Below, piece after piece: positions 40,084 through 53,620 of a DNA stretch of 64,000 nucleotides. The first letter of the stretch is position 1. Each line of letters opens with the position of its first letter. The stretch covers positions 3,906,001 through 3,970,000 of the forward strand of contig OZ024753.1 in NCBI GenBank assembly GCA_964016885.1, given 5' to 3'. Below the pieces are notes generated by a model. It did not search any database. It was not told where the DNA came from and was given only the letters and a program-made list of their open reading frames with translations. Origin of the DNA: Eledone cirrhosa (lineage: Eukaryota). A program made the position numbers and the translations under genes.

Positions 40084-41619
40084 CTTATACAAACGTACTG
40101 ACACACATACAAATACACCACGTACGTACTCTTTCACACACGCACATATATATCTATATAATGTGTGTGTGTATGCATATAAGCAAGCACTGGTACAAAC
40201 AAATATATATATATATATATATAGTACTGAGGATGCATATATATTATGAATACATATATTACACCACGACACAGAAATGGTGCACTATTCCCCAATACCA
40301 CCTAAATAAAAACAGCTGCTGCGAGTACATACATACAAACATATATCTCTATATTTAATATGCATATATGTATATCAATATGGATATAATTGCATAAGTT
40401 TATATCCATGAATATACTTGTGTCTATTGGGATTTATATGTATATATTTATGTGTAAGTATAAGTATATATATGTATATGAGTGTGTATAGGCGCACACA
40501 CATATATACACACACATAGATTCATATATATAAACACAGACACATATATATATATATATACATATATATTTTTTCCTCTCTCACATATGTATGTATGTAT
40601 GTGTGTATGTGTGTATAGGGTGAGGCAGATAAATACATAGAGAGGTGGAGAAAGATAGAGACATACAGGCAAGCAAAAAGAGAGCGAGATGTAATAGAGA
40701 AAGAGCGATCTATAAAAGAAATGAGTTGAAGAAGAAATGTTCAGTACACATGCATGTCTTAGATTCAAGTGAAGTATTGTACTTATAGAGAGATATAAAA
40801 TTTAATCAAACGCTCATTGCTCACAGTATTCATACATATGTGTTGTATGAACAGTGTAAAGCCGATACGCCATCTATCACAAATACTATCATCGCCATTA
40901 TTATTTTATTATTAGTATTACTACTATTGATACACTTGTTGTTATAACTATTATTATTATTATTACTACTATTATTTACGTTGTTAATGATGATGTTGAT
41001 GTTGATTTATTTCTTAGCTCAGTTGTTTCTTGCTCAAATAGGAAGACAACAAAAGAAAACATGGTTTTTCTATAGTGAAAAATATATATGGATCTGCCTG
41101 AATAGCTCTCGTATGAAAAGAAACAAGATAAATTCTGAACATACAACAAAGAAAATAAATAATAAAGACAGACAAGTAAATGTATCAATCAACATGAAAA
41201 AGTATCAGTCATTCTATTGAATTACATCGTTGGGAAGAGTGATTGCAACCACAAGCAACAAATACAACAGAAGTAAAAAGTCAAATAAAGTCGACCACCA
41301 AATGCAACAGCATCAACAATAGCAAGAACAATAAAACATCAATATAAAGAACATACAACGTAGTAAGAAAATGAGCTTCAGTAACGTTTAAAATAAAAGG
41401 AGTAACAACATCAACAAGATCAACAGCAATTACGAAAACAACAGCAAAAACCACGACATGGAATTGTATCATCAAATTCAGAGCCAGTAATACAACCAGC
41501 AACAAACTCAGCACCCCACAACCAACCCCACCAGTACTGCCGCTATTAGTTCAGCAACCCACCATCATCAGCAGCACCAATCCCACCACTATCAACAACC
41601 CCAGCAATAAAGCCCCACA

Positions 41620-44400
41620 TGGAACCAACGTCACCAGCAACCGACCTGATCAGCAACAAACACCAGCGGCAACCAACGCCACCGGCAACCAACGCCACCA
41701 GCAACCAACGCCACCAGCAACCAACGCCACGAGCAACCAACGGCAACAGCAACCAACGTCAACGGCAACCAACCTCACCAGCAACCAACGCCACCAGCAT
41801 CCAACCTCACCAGCAACCAACGTCACCAGCAACCAACCCCACCATCAACCAACTCCACCATCAACCAACTCCACCATCAACCAACTCCACCAGCAACCAA
41901 CTCCACCAGCAACCAACACCACCAGCAACCAACTCCACCATCAACCAACTCCACCATCAACCAACTCCACCATCAACCAACCCCACCATCAACCAACCCC
42001 ACCATCAACCAACCCCACCATCAACCAACTCCACCATCAACCAACTGCACCATCAACCAACTCCACCATCAACCAACTCCACCATCAACCAACTCCACCA
42101 TCAACCAACTCCACCATCAACCAACGCCACCATCAACCAACTCCACCAGCAACCAACACCACCAGCAACCAACACCACCAGCAACCAACACCACCAGCAA
42201 CCAACACCACCAGCAACCAACACCACCAGCAACCAACACCAGCAGCAACCACCTCCACCAGCGACCAACTCCACCATCGACCAACGCCACCAGCAACCAA
42301 CGCCACCAGCAATCAACGCCACCATCAACCAACTCCACCATCAACCAACTCCACCAGCAACCAACTCCACCAGCAACCAACTCCACCAGCAACCAACTCC
42401 ACCATCAACCAACTCCACCATCAACCAACTACACCAGCAACCAGCCCCACCAGCAACCAACCCCACCATCAAACAACTCCACCAGCAACCAACGCCACCA
42501 GCAACCAACGCCACCAGCAACCAACGCCACCAGCAACCAACGCCACCAGCAACCAACGCCACCAGCAACCACCTCCACCATCAACCAGCTCCACCATCAA
42601 CCAGCTCCACCATCAACCAGCTCCACCATCAACCAGCTCCACCATCAACCAGCTCCACCATCAACCAGCTCCACCATCAACCAACTCCACCAGCAACCAA
42701 CTCCATCAACCAGCTCCACCAGCAACCAACTCCATCAACCAGCTCCACCAGCAACCAACTCCATCAACCAGCTCCACCAGCAACCAACTCGACGATCAAC
42801 CAACGCCACCATCAACCAACGCCACCATCAACCAACGCCACCATCAACCAACGCCACCATCAACCAACGCCACCATCAACCAACGCCACCATCAACCAAC
42901 GCCACCATCAACCAACGCCACCATCAACCAACGCCACCATCAACCAGCTCCACCAGCAACCAACTCCATCAACCAGCTCCACCTTCAACCAACTCCACCT
43001 TCAACCAACTCCACCTTCAACCAACTCCACCATCAACCAACTCCACCATCAACCAACTCCATCAACCAACTCCACCATCAACCAACTCCACCATCAACCA
43101 ACTCCACCATCAACCAACTCCACCATCAACCAACTCCACCATCAACCAACTCCACCATCAACCAACTCCACCATCAACCAACTCCACCATCAACCAACTC
43201 CACCATCAACCAACTCCACCATCAACCAACTCCACCATCAACCAACTCCACCATCAACCAACTCCACCATCAACCAACTCCACCATCAACCAACTCCACC
43301 ATCAACCAACTCCACCATCAACCAACTCCACCATCAACCAACTCCACCATCAACCAACTCCACCAGCAACCAACTCCACCAGCAACCAACTCCACCAGCA
43401 ACCAACTCCACCAGCAACCAACTCCACCAGCAACCAACTCCACCAGCAACCAACTCCACCAGCAACCAACTCCACCAGCAACCAACTCCACCAGCAACCA
43501 ACTCCACCAGCAACCAACTCCACCAGCAACCAACTCCACCAGCAACCAACTCCACCAGCAACCAACTCCACCAGCAACCAACTCCACCAGCAACCAACTC
43601 CACCAGCAACCAACTCCACCAGCAACCAACTCCACCAGCAACCAACTCCACCAGCAACCAGCTCCACCAGCAACCAGCTCCACCATCAACCAGCTCCACC
43701 ATCAACCAACTCCACCATCAACCAACTCCACCATCAACCAACTCCACCATCAACCAACTCCACCATCAACCAACTCCATCAACCAACTCCACCATCAACC
43801 AACTCCACAAGCAACCAACTCCACCATCAACCGACACCATCATTAACCAACTCCACCATCAACAACTCCACCAGCAACAACACTACCATCAACCAACTCC
43901 ACCAACAACAACTCCACCAGCGCCAACCTAACGAGTACCAAACTAACCAGTAATCAGCCCCAATCTCACCAACAACCAACACCACCAGCAACCAACCTCA
44001 CCAGCAACCAACCTCACCAGTAATCCAGACCACCAACAACCAACCTCAACAGCAACCAACCTCAACAGCAACCAACCTCAACAGCAACCAACCTCACCAG
44101 TAATCAACACCACCAACAACCAACCTCACCAGCAACCAACACCACCAGCAACCAACTCCACCAGCAACCAACTCCACCAGCAACCAATCCCACCAGCAAC
44201 AAACCCCACCATAAACAACACTACCAGCAGCCAACTCCTCTAGCAACCAACGCCACCATCAACCAACTCCACCATAAACCAGCTCCAACATCAACCACCT
44301 CCACCAGCGCCAACCTGACGAGTACCAAACTAACCAGTAATCAGCCCCAATCTCACCAACCCCACCAGCAACAACACCACCATCACCACCTCCACTAGCA
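41620..44400. repeat. 16-bp minisatellite (ACCAACTCCACCA[T/G]CA)n with degenerate flanks
   Basis: Directly visible. The 770-aa ORF shows 16-aa periodicity (3 x 16 nt) and lacks stop codons because of its C/A composition. Confidence 0.95.
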
Positions 44401-45378
44401 GCACTAGCATGCATATCAGAAACATCAAGATTAATATCAACCCCAGTCCCCCCACCCGATCAAGCCCTCAATATTCTGAATCCACCACATCATCTACCAA
44501 CACAAACCCCCATAAAACTACTACGCCGAGCCCTCCCCTCCACCACTACGGCCAATACTACCCCCCCCCCCCCAACAAGACATGCATGAAGATCATAACA
44601 TTCATGATTAGCATCGTAATCACAGCCAACAACGTCGTCAATGACTTCATCATCAGCATCATCATCATAATCAGCATCATCGTTATTGTCATCCTTCTCA
44701 ACATAATCAAAAACATCACTTTCAACCATGACTATCATCACCACCACCACCTTCACCATCATATCATCACTAGCACAACCCCCCCCCCCCTTCACCATCA
44801 ACACCACCACCACCACCACCCCCTTCACCAACACCATCATCACCACCACCCCCTTCACCACCACATTCTCCATGATCACCACCACCACCATCACTAACAT
44901 TTGCACCACCACCATCATCAACCCCTTCACCATCACCACCACTAACATTTCCACCTCTAGTTCAACAATTGACAATGATCATTAAAGGATTGTTATCTGT
45001 ACATGGAAAGCAACATTGACCAAACTGCAACAATATCTACAACTACAACATATAAATAACAACAACATCATAAACCGATTCAGATCCAACATCAAAGAAA
45101 TAATTTCAAGGACATATTACTCTTCCACCACCACCATCATCATCATCAATAGCATCATCAACATCATCAACATAAACAATAGCATCATTATCATCATGAG
45201 ACAATAATATCGGCAACGGCACCTTATATATATATATATGTAATATTAGGGATACTATTTATGGTTATGTATATACTAAAACTTTTTATAGTTATATATA
45301 TTTTAAACCCTAAAGAGTGAATGTCAGTAATTTATTACTACCTTATTACCAGTAAGATAAATAGCTCAATGTAATAAC

Positions 45379-45561
45379 TTTCTACTTTAGGCACAAGGCC
45401 AGCAATCAGCCAGTGCATTACTGGTACTTTATTTTATTGACCCCGTAAGGATGAAAGGCAAAGTCAACCTCGGCGGGATTTGAACTCAGATCGTAAAGGG
45501 ACGTAACTATGCTGGAAAGCATGGCGTCCGACCCTCTACTGATACTGCCAATCCACCGCCC
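45379..45561 (-). mobile_element. SINE, full length with 17-bp TSD
   Basis: TSD TAGCTCAATGTAATAAC at 45362-45378 and 45562-45578; B-box GAGTTCAAATCCC on the minus strand. Confidence 0.95.
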
Positions 45562-45725
45562 TAGCTCAATGTAATAACAACAGTTGTTCTACAGAGCAGT
45601 TAGCTTTGATTCTTGTGAATTCTATATATGTTCAAAGCATTTATTCACTTAACTGCCGAATGTATTTTAATTTTGTTTTAATTTTGTTTTAATTTTAATT
45701 TTGAATTTGAAATGCTATACAGAAA

Positions 45726-45897
45726 TAATTGTTTCTACTTTTGGCACCAGACCAGCAATTATCCCAGTGCATTACTGGTACTTTATTTTATCGACCCCGT
45801 AAGGATGAAAGGCAAAGTCAACCTCGGCGGGATTTGAACTCAGATCATAAAGGGAGGTAACTATGCTTCAAAGCATGGCGCCCGACCCTCAATCGAT
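45726..45897 (-). mobile_element. SINE, slightly 5'-truncated
   Basis: Same family as 45379; tail and central domain intact. Confidence 0.92.
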
Positions 45898-46007
45898 AAA
45901 TATATGTCACTCCACTGTACATCAATATATATATATATATATATATATGTATCTGTATGTCTCTTGCGTTGGAATGGAGGTCAATTATGTGTACAAACAT
46001 TGAAAAA

Positions 46008-46054
46008 TGCTCCGAAGAATCCAAGCCTAGGTTTGGATGAAACAATTGTAAGTG
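46008..46054 (+). ncRNA. Type I hammerhead ribozyme motif (U4>C)
   Basis: TGCT-CCGAAGA-ATCCAAGC CTAG GTTTGGAT-GAAA-CAATTG-TA-AGTG then AATAAA; 8-bp stem II, palindromic stem III, GUA triplet. Confidence 0.75.
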
Positions 46055-48151
46055 AATAAATGCTTTGAACATAGCTTTGATTCTTGTGAATTCTCTCTCT
46101 CTCTATATATATATATATTAATCGCCAATCATCGTCGTCATCGTCATCATCATCCTAATTGTCGTCGTCATCAGCAACATCATAATTGTCATCATCACCA
46201 TCATAATCATTATCATCCACAGCATCAGTATAAGTATCACCACAATAAAAACATCATCAATATCATAACCAAAATTACAGCCTGCATCATATTTATGGTA
46301 TTGATCCTCATCGTTTTTATCGTCGCGATCAATAGAATTATCACAGTTATCTTTATGTTCATTATATATGATAGACATCGGTATAATCAATTAACTATCG
46401 TAAATATTCTCATCTATACTCTCTTCGTCTTTGTAGACGTAGTGTTCATCTACAACAACAGTATTGTTAGTAAAGAAAACTAACGGTCACACAATGGAGT
46501 AAACACAGCGACAGGAAGTATATTAACAACAAAAACAGCAACCGAAACGACAATGGGAGAAATATCAACATTAGCAACAACATTTTCAATGTATTCATTT
46601 GTTGAAGCGTTAGAAAAAGTATCCAACAGCATCTGTTTTGCATTAATATCAATGCTTGATAGGTGAACAACCCCAGTAATACATAGTAAATACTGTCTAA
46701 CTCCGTATTCACATCCCAAAGTAGGTGAGAAGAAAATTATGCATAGATATATAAAGGATAATAAAGAAGTGAAGATTTACATAACTTAGTTCTAATCGCT
46801 AGAACGACTCAATATATTCTTTAGGTAATCTAGTTTGGGCATGCTGTTTAAATCTGAAGATTAGAGGTTTAATTACATAAAATTTACTTCATTAAAGACG
46901 CTCAAATAAAACACAAACATATCAATATATGGAAAAAAAGAACAGCAAATCTCTTGGGATCGCTTTGAAAATTATGAATGTTTTGGATAATATTGGATTT
47001 ATGATGAAGTCAAAGTTTCTAAGCTGGTCAGGTAAAATTTCAGAAAAGATAAATTTAATTTCTGTCACAAAATATAAGACCCTCGGACTGGGGTCTATTA
47101 CGCTTACATGTCCTAAACAATAACTAGAAACAGGATGAAGCGTCTATGGATTTGTGAAAAATATATTGCACATTTTTTAATAAACTGAATTAGCGGAAAA
47201 AAAATGTTAGTTATCGGCTACAACTGTTTTTTTTTTAAAATGCATATTTGATTATATTTAACCTTTCTAAGTTGTATACGATACATATACTCACATAGAT
47301 TTACAGCACCTCTATTTCCTATTATTTTGTGTCAACGTATATATACATTTTTTTCCTTTTCATACTTGAGTGGGATGGTCGTTTATTTTCCAAGATTTAA
47401 ATCTTTCAATGTTCGCAATATTGAAAAATATTGCTGCCTTCAGCTACAATCAGACATTGCAATGAGGATTTGGCAAACGTCCAAAATTGACTAATATTAA
47501 ATTGCAATACAGCACACCCAAATATTGTCTACAATACATTATAAACTATTAAGCATCTATATTGTATATCTTACTCTAAAGTGAACTATTGTTTAGCCAG
47601 TACTAGTACGTCTGCATGGCTAACATCAGGCTAGAGAAATATAAAATATAATTTCAGTCAAAACCCATAGAATCACACGAGTATATGTCGGCCTCAAAGA
47701 AGTGTAGGACTTAAAGCTTCAACGCATAAATATATATATTCAGGCACATATAAACACATACTGACAGGCTCATGAATATACGTGTGTATATATGCACACA
47801 CCAAAAGCTGCCCTACTTATTGAATTCCAACACACCCATATCCCCACACAAACAAAAATGGAGCCGATTCTTATATACACATCCATCATCTTAAATCACA
47901 ACAAACACACTATTAGTTGTCACGTCGTCAGTCAGAAGAGCATATTGATAACGGGGTCGGCTCCATAACAGACTATGATTCGTACAAAGTAGATGAAGCC
48001 AGGACATTTATTGCGCCAGTAAAGCGTTCAACTTTAAAAGAGCATTTAATTATTTTAATATTGTGCTAAGCGACCAGGAACGTGAAATCCACATACTGTG
48101 TTTCATCTGCATCACAACCAACTGGCTAGAATATGGATTACATTGGTCGCT

Positions 48152-48565
48152 TAGGTAGGTAGGTAGGTAGGTAGGTAGGTAGGTAGGTAGGTAGGTAGGT
48201 AGGTAGGTAGGTAGGTAGGTAGGTAGGTAGGTAGGTAGGTAGGTAGGTAGGTAGGTAGGTAGGTAGGTAGGTAGGTACATACATACATACATACATACAT
48301 ACATACATACATACATACATACATACATACATACATACATACATACATACATACATACATACATACATACATACATACATACATACATACATACATACAT
48401 ACATACATACATACATACATACATACATACATACATACATACATACATACATACATACATACATACATACATACATACATACATACATACATACATACAT
48501 ACATACATACATACATACATACATACATACATACATACATACATACATACATACATACATACATA
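48152..48565. repeat. Perfect compound tetranucleotide microsatellite (TAGG)n-(TACA)n
   Basis: Unit switch at 48275/48276; explains the MYVC/TYLP ORFs. Confidence 0.98.
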
Positions 48566-49013
48566 GGCCTATTTACAAAAACAAAATCAACATCATTAAA
48601 ATCGACTTCATGTCAATGAACCCATCTCCATGTGGTTTGAGATGAAAGAACAAAATTAAGCACTTATGCAAATACTGCGAAAGAATGAGAGACAATGCAT
48701 AAATCAACTTTTATTTAATCCATGACAATATTGGAAAGACTCCAAAACTTTTTTGTTGAAACTTCTGAGATGAATTTATAACTATAATTAAAGTCGTTTG
48801 GCCTATTAACCTCATCCACTTATTTATTTATTTACACAAAATTTCGATTAATTCGATCTCCGATATCTCCCATGCCATCTTCATATAATATTTGACGCTT
48901 ATCAAGTATTCATATTTTGTTTCAAAAATATATACATATTACCAAGCACTATTTAAGCATGTATCATTCTTTTATAAACGAATGTATAGAAATTGAAATG
49001 TTATTGATATATA

Positions 49014-49063
<50 letters not shown>

Positions 49064-49065
<2 letters not shown>

Positions 49066-49340
49066 AGGGCGGCTAACATTCCTGAGATCCATGGACGAGT
49101 TCTCTCCAGCAGTCTCTGTCCCTCATCATTGCTGCTATGTCCTGCGTCTCTAAAAGACCTCTGTCTGTCCTTGGAGCATCAACCTATGTCAACCTCGGTC
49201 TCCCTCTTCTAGTTTGTCCGTGTAGGGTCACTGAGTACAGTGTCAACTCTGAATGTCGGTGACCATGTACAGGTAACCTCAATTTCCTCTGTGCTACTTT
49301 CGAGCTGACTTTTGGGAGGCTCCCGTACAGTTCAGAGTCC
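49064..49340 (-). mobile_element. RTE-like LINE 3' fragment ending at (TA)n
   Basis: Minus strand: ELYGSLPKVSSKVAQRKLRL..H..RH...HGQTRRGRPRLT*VD...MMRDRDCWRELV. Confidence 0.8.
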
Positions 49341-52300
49341 TTCCTCCTCAGTGTATATACTGATTAATGTTCCGCGCCACTGATTTTATATATATATATA
49401 TATATATATATACTCAGAATAATGTCAAAGGTGGAGATGCTTAAGATAACTTTTAAAATGGTGTGATGAGGCTTAAAGACGGAAATAGAAGCTGACATTT
49501 TATTCTAAGATTATATGAGAAACGGAAGCCTATATCTCCCAGATACCGGCTAGGCACTTTAAACCATTACTCGGAGAGAAAATGGCAATTCTAATCATCG
49601 TAAATCTGGAAGCTGAATCACAGGTTTTTAAATGTCAACACATTTTATCTATACAGAGCCGATATCTCGGACTCTTATGAACCGCCCTCTGAATAAAGTT
49701 AATATAAAAATAGTCGCTTATGCCCGAGGATACTACAAAATAGCAGAACTACTTCAGTGATACTAACACTTTATTGGATATAAAATAAGTCACATAGAAA
49801 GTAGTGTAGCTCATAGCTGTAGGTAATATTAATTGAATACAATTTTCTTAGTATGCACTGAATTCATTTCAGTTGAAACAAACCGGAAGGAAAGGAAGTG
49901 TAAAGAACAAGTTCAATAACAACGTTCACATCCAAGTAAATATAGCGGGAAATAGTTGAAATACTAATATTATCCTCATTAAGAGGAAGCGATATTTACG
50001 TTGATGCTAATCAAAACCCACCTTGTAATATGTGTAACATACGTTATATTAATTTACTTGCCTCTCCCAAGCTTATCAGCCATATAAGTGAGACAACATG
50101 TCCTGGGAGGTACTTCTAGTCATAGATATGCTGAGACCATCAATTTTAATAGCTTTAATATATCAGCCCACTCTACTGATGTATGAAAGGATGCGTTATG
50201 GTATATATTGCGTCCCTGGGCCTTCTAATTAAACTTACGGTGACTGATGCTCTTAACATTCTAACAACCCCGCATAACCATTCATATGCAAATGCATGTG
50301 TCCGGCTTAAACTACACAGAAAGATCTGGTATAGAAAATAATGTTTAAGTTGGTGTTTCAATTGAAAATAAGTGTGCCAATTCTAACTTCTGGATGATTC
50401 TTCACAGGGTATTCTTATGTCAGCAGATAGGATTTGAACCTAGAACGCATAGAGTCGGAATGGATACTGAAAATCATGCCTTCAAACTATATATAAATTA
50501 GTCCAGCCCAACATTTCTAGATTTGTATTGTCTTATTCGTCATCAGAAATATAAATCAAACATTATTTTGCTAGAATTTGAAGTTAGAAAGTCTGAATAC
50601 ATAGCAAACCATTAAATTATCTGATCTATACCTGGTTGCTTTTCTAACCACGCGGCTTCATGTGCAAACTGATTACAATAGTGAACAAGCTGTTTATATT
50701 ATATGCAAGAAAACAATGAGTATAGCGTCCGGAATGTGTATTTCTACGCGATTAGCGTTTATTTGAAGGTAAGTCAAGCAGCTAACCAGAGAATCTCTTG
50801 TTAACTGATCCAAGCTATCACCAACAATATTAATACAAAACTCCACCATTTACAGCAGAAATATGTATACCAAAATCTTGTGTGAGTGTGGAATGTATAG
50901 TGTTTAATGTTCTTAGACTACCGTTGCGCCAGTAAAGAAGACTTTATTTTATAATTCATTGGGAATGCAGCGGGCATGTGTTAACAGGCTAATCTGTTTT
51001 TCGAAAACTGGAACACTCCTCCTCAGAACCGACGGTAATTAAACAGAACAGTTTATATATATATATATATATGGGTGCGTGTAATGCATAATTAATCAAA
51101 AAGACAACAGCTGCATTCGATTTCATTGTTTGGGTGGTAAGATATAAGTTAGAAATGTTGAATACCTACTGAGATAAGAAATAAACATATCTATTGGGTC
51201 ATTCTTAAATGAACATATTCCATTTTGTACATATAGTGAACGATATATCACACGCACCATCATCGCGATGGCTGTTGTGCTAAGAAACACCAACCTATGC
51301 AAGTTCTTTCTGAAAAAACGTTATAGAAAATAGAAATGTTGGTGCCTTAATTTAGGAGCTTGGTTAGTGAAAAGAGTATGAGAGTAAGAGAGTGGGATGA
51401 AGAAGAAAAGAGGGGAGAGCAATAGAGTGAGTGCTAAAGAGAGAGCGTGAGTGCTAGAGAGCGAGAAAACGAGACAGAAAGAGAGAGAAGAAGAGAGAGA
51501 GAGAAGGACTGACTGCTAGAAAGAAAGAGATAGGCGCTGAGAGATTGAGTGAGTGTCAGCGTGAGAGATGATGGAAAGGATAGGGGAAGAACGCGAGAAA
51601 GAATGTGTAATAGAGTGAGAGAGAGATAGACATCAGATGGCTTAAATAAAGCCGTCATCATCATTTTTCCCTGTACCGCTCCACCACCACCTCTTCTTCA
51701 TCATCATCATCATCATCAGCAGCAATGTGATCAGCATCATATAATTTTAAATAACCAAATGATTTTCCTTAAAGCACTTGTGGTAATCTTAACTTTCCAG
51801 CTGTTTTCTGTTTCGTTCCACGTATATTTGTCAACTAAATACTTTGATACATACACACACATATATATATATGTGTGTGTGTGTTTGTATGCGACTGTGT
51901 ATGTATTGTATGTCTGTTGTAGTGTGCGATGGAATAATAGGACATTAAACGCTTTAATTTGTTTTTGCGTAGGTTTATGTCTTTATATTTACAAAGCAAT
52001 GACAAAATATCTTTAATAAATCTAAACCAGTTAATCATATTAAAATAATATTACTGATTAGGATTTATTCTGTTGCATTCGTAATCTGAGAATTAATACA
52101 ATGATTCTACAAAAGATTTCTCCGATACATATTGTCTTAGATAAAATTTCTTTAAATCCCCTAACTCTTACACAAACTGTTTCCTTTATACTTCCACAAT
52201 CTTCAACAAACCCGTAAGCACTACCTATTGAATGTTGTGATCAATAGAAATTTTTGATCATACATTTGCAATATACCAAATAAACTAAAGACAGGAATCG

Positions 52301-52844
52301 ACCTATATACATCTTAGTTACACAATAAAATAATAAAACAGACTGTAGTACAATATATACAACTGTAAACTAATAGTGCCAATAAACATGTAACTTTTCT
52401 GTATTGAACAAAAAGCTGGTGTCTACAGTTTGTATGTTAATATACACACTTATATGCATATACACGCATACACAGACATATATATGCACATATGATTTGA
52501 TCAAGCGCGTGCGTGCGTGCGAACCCGTCACTCAGTCTATGTGTAGGGACACCATAATGTCATACTGCGGTTCTTAGGGAACTTTTAAACATATCGGAGA
52601 CCATCACATATACAACTCTAAGCATAGCCTTATTTCCTCCAAAGTATAAAGACTCTGAAAAAGATATAACGGTAAAGGAAAATATGACCCTAGTATTAGA
52701 CTAATACTTTTTTATCTCCTTCGATAGGTTGATCTTGGTATTCTCTCCGATGTTCTAGCAACTCAGCCATTTTGCCACTTCATATATATATATATATATA
52801 TTCATGCAAACATAGCTACACACACACATACATACAAAAAAACT

Positions 52845-52970
52845 TCAAAGCACAGCCATAGCTTGTTCAGGATCTGTTACAGCTTCATGTGGCTGGCCGT
52901 CGACTAAAAGTACACCATTATCTGTAATCTGACAAGCGATTGCAATACTCTTAGAGTTTGCAGCCATTAC
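52845..52970 (-). mobile_element. Possible RTE RT scrap between microsatellites
   Basis: LLVDGQPHEAVTD resembles the RT segment xxDGxxLExVxxF that precedes YLGS; weak. Confidence 0.3.
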
Positions 52971-52981
52971 ACACACACACG

Positions 52982-53021
<40 letters not shown>

Positions 53022-53399
53022 AGAACAGATACTCACCCTATATTTTCAGGGACGTAGAGGTTATATAGGTTGTGAATGGGCAACTCGCTGGACTAAGCTA
53101 AAATTTAGCTTAGTCCACCGTTATATATACTTGTTGAAACAGACGATGGACTATTTCTGTCACTTACATAGGCCATGGGGGGTGTTAACATCCAGCGGGA
53201 TCTAGGACACGCCGCAGTATTGCATTGAAAACATTGTCCTCCATATAATATGGGCATGTGTTTAGAATGTCTCAGTAAAGAATAGCAGGACTGATTTTGC
53301 GGGTAAAATCAACCTCTATGAGAACCCATACAGTTGCATACTTCATGTGCTATTCCTGGTGGAATAGTTTCGTCTCCTGCTTAGTTTATCAAGAATAAA

Positions 53400-53620
53400 T
53401 TATATTTGTTCATTGTAGCCGGCCTTCTGGAGAGCCACATTATAATAATCTGGTGGATTTAGAGTCGGACATCCTGGAGATTCTAAGAGACACATCTCCA
53501 TATATAGAGTGGATGATAGATTTAGAATGTTTTGAGTACCAAATGATATAATTTAGATTTTAAGTGATCTTGTGGAGGTGTTCAAATATGCCGGAGTTGA
53601 GGTCCAACGTCACATCTTAG
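53400..53620 (-). mobile_element. Possible Tc1/mariner-superfamily transposase scrap
   Basis: Minus-strand PGCPTLNPPDYY resembles the PxSPDLNPxDY motif; otherwise decayed. Confidence 0.3.

Noticed and set aside
41619-43931. 770-aa Q/P/T/N-rich ORF as a real gene
   Set aside because: The unit is 16 bp (not a codon multiple), 13-bp variants occur, there is no signal peptide or domain, and stops are absent simply because of composition.
44409-44985. His/Thr-rich ORFs
   Set aside because: Translations of (CAT)/(CAC) trinucleotide low-complexity DNA.
45379-45561. SINE heads as tRNA genes
   Set aside because: A/B boxes are present but there is no cloverleaf; they are multi-copy with tails and TSDs.
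50987-51031. Minus-strand CTGAGGA...GAAA with a 4-bp stem I
   Set aside because: Stem II is weak with G.U pairs and there is no stem III; likely chance.
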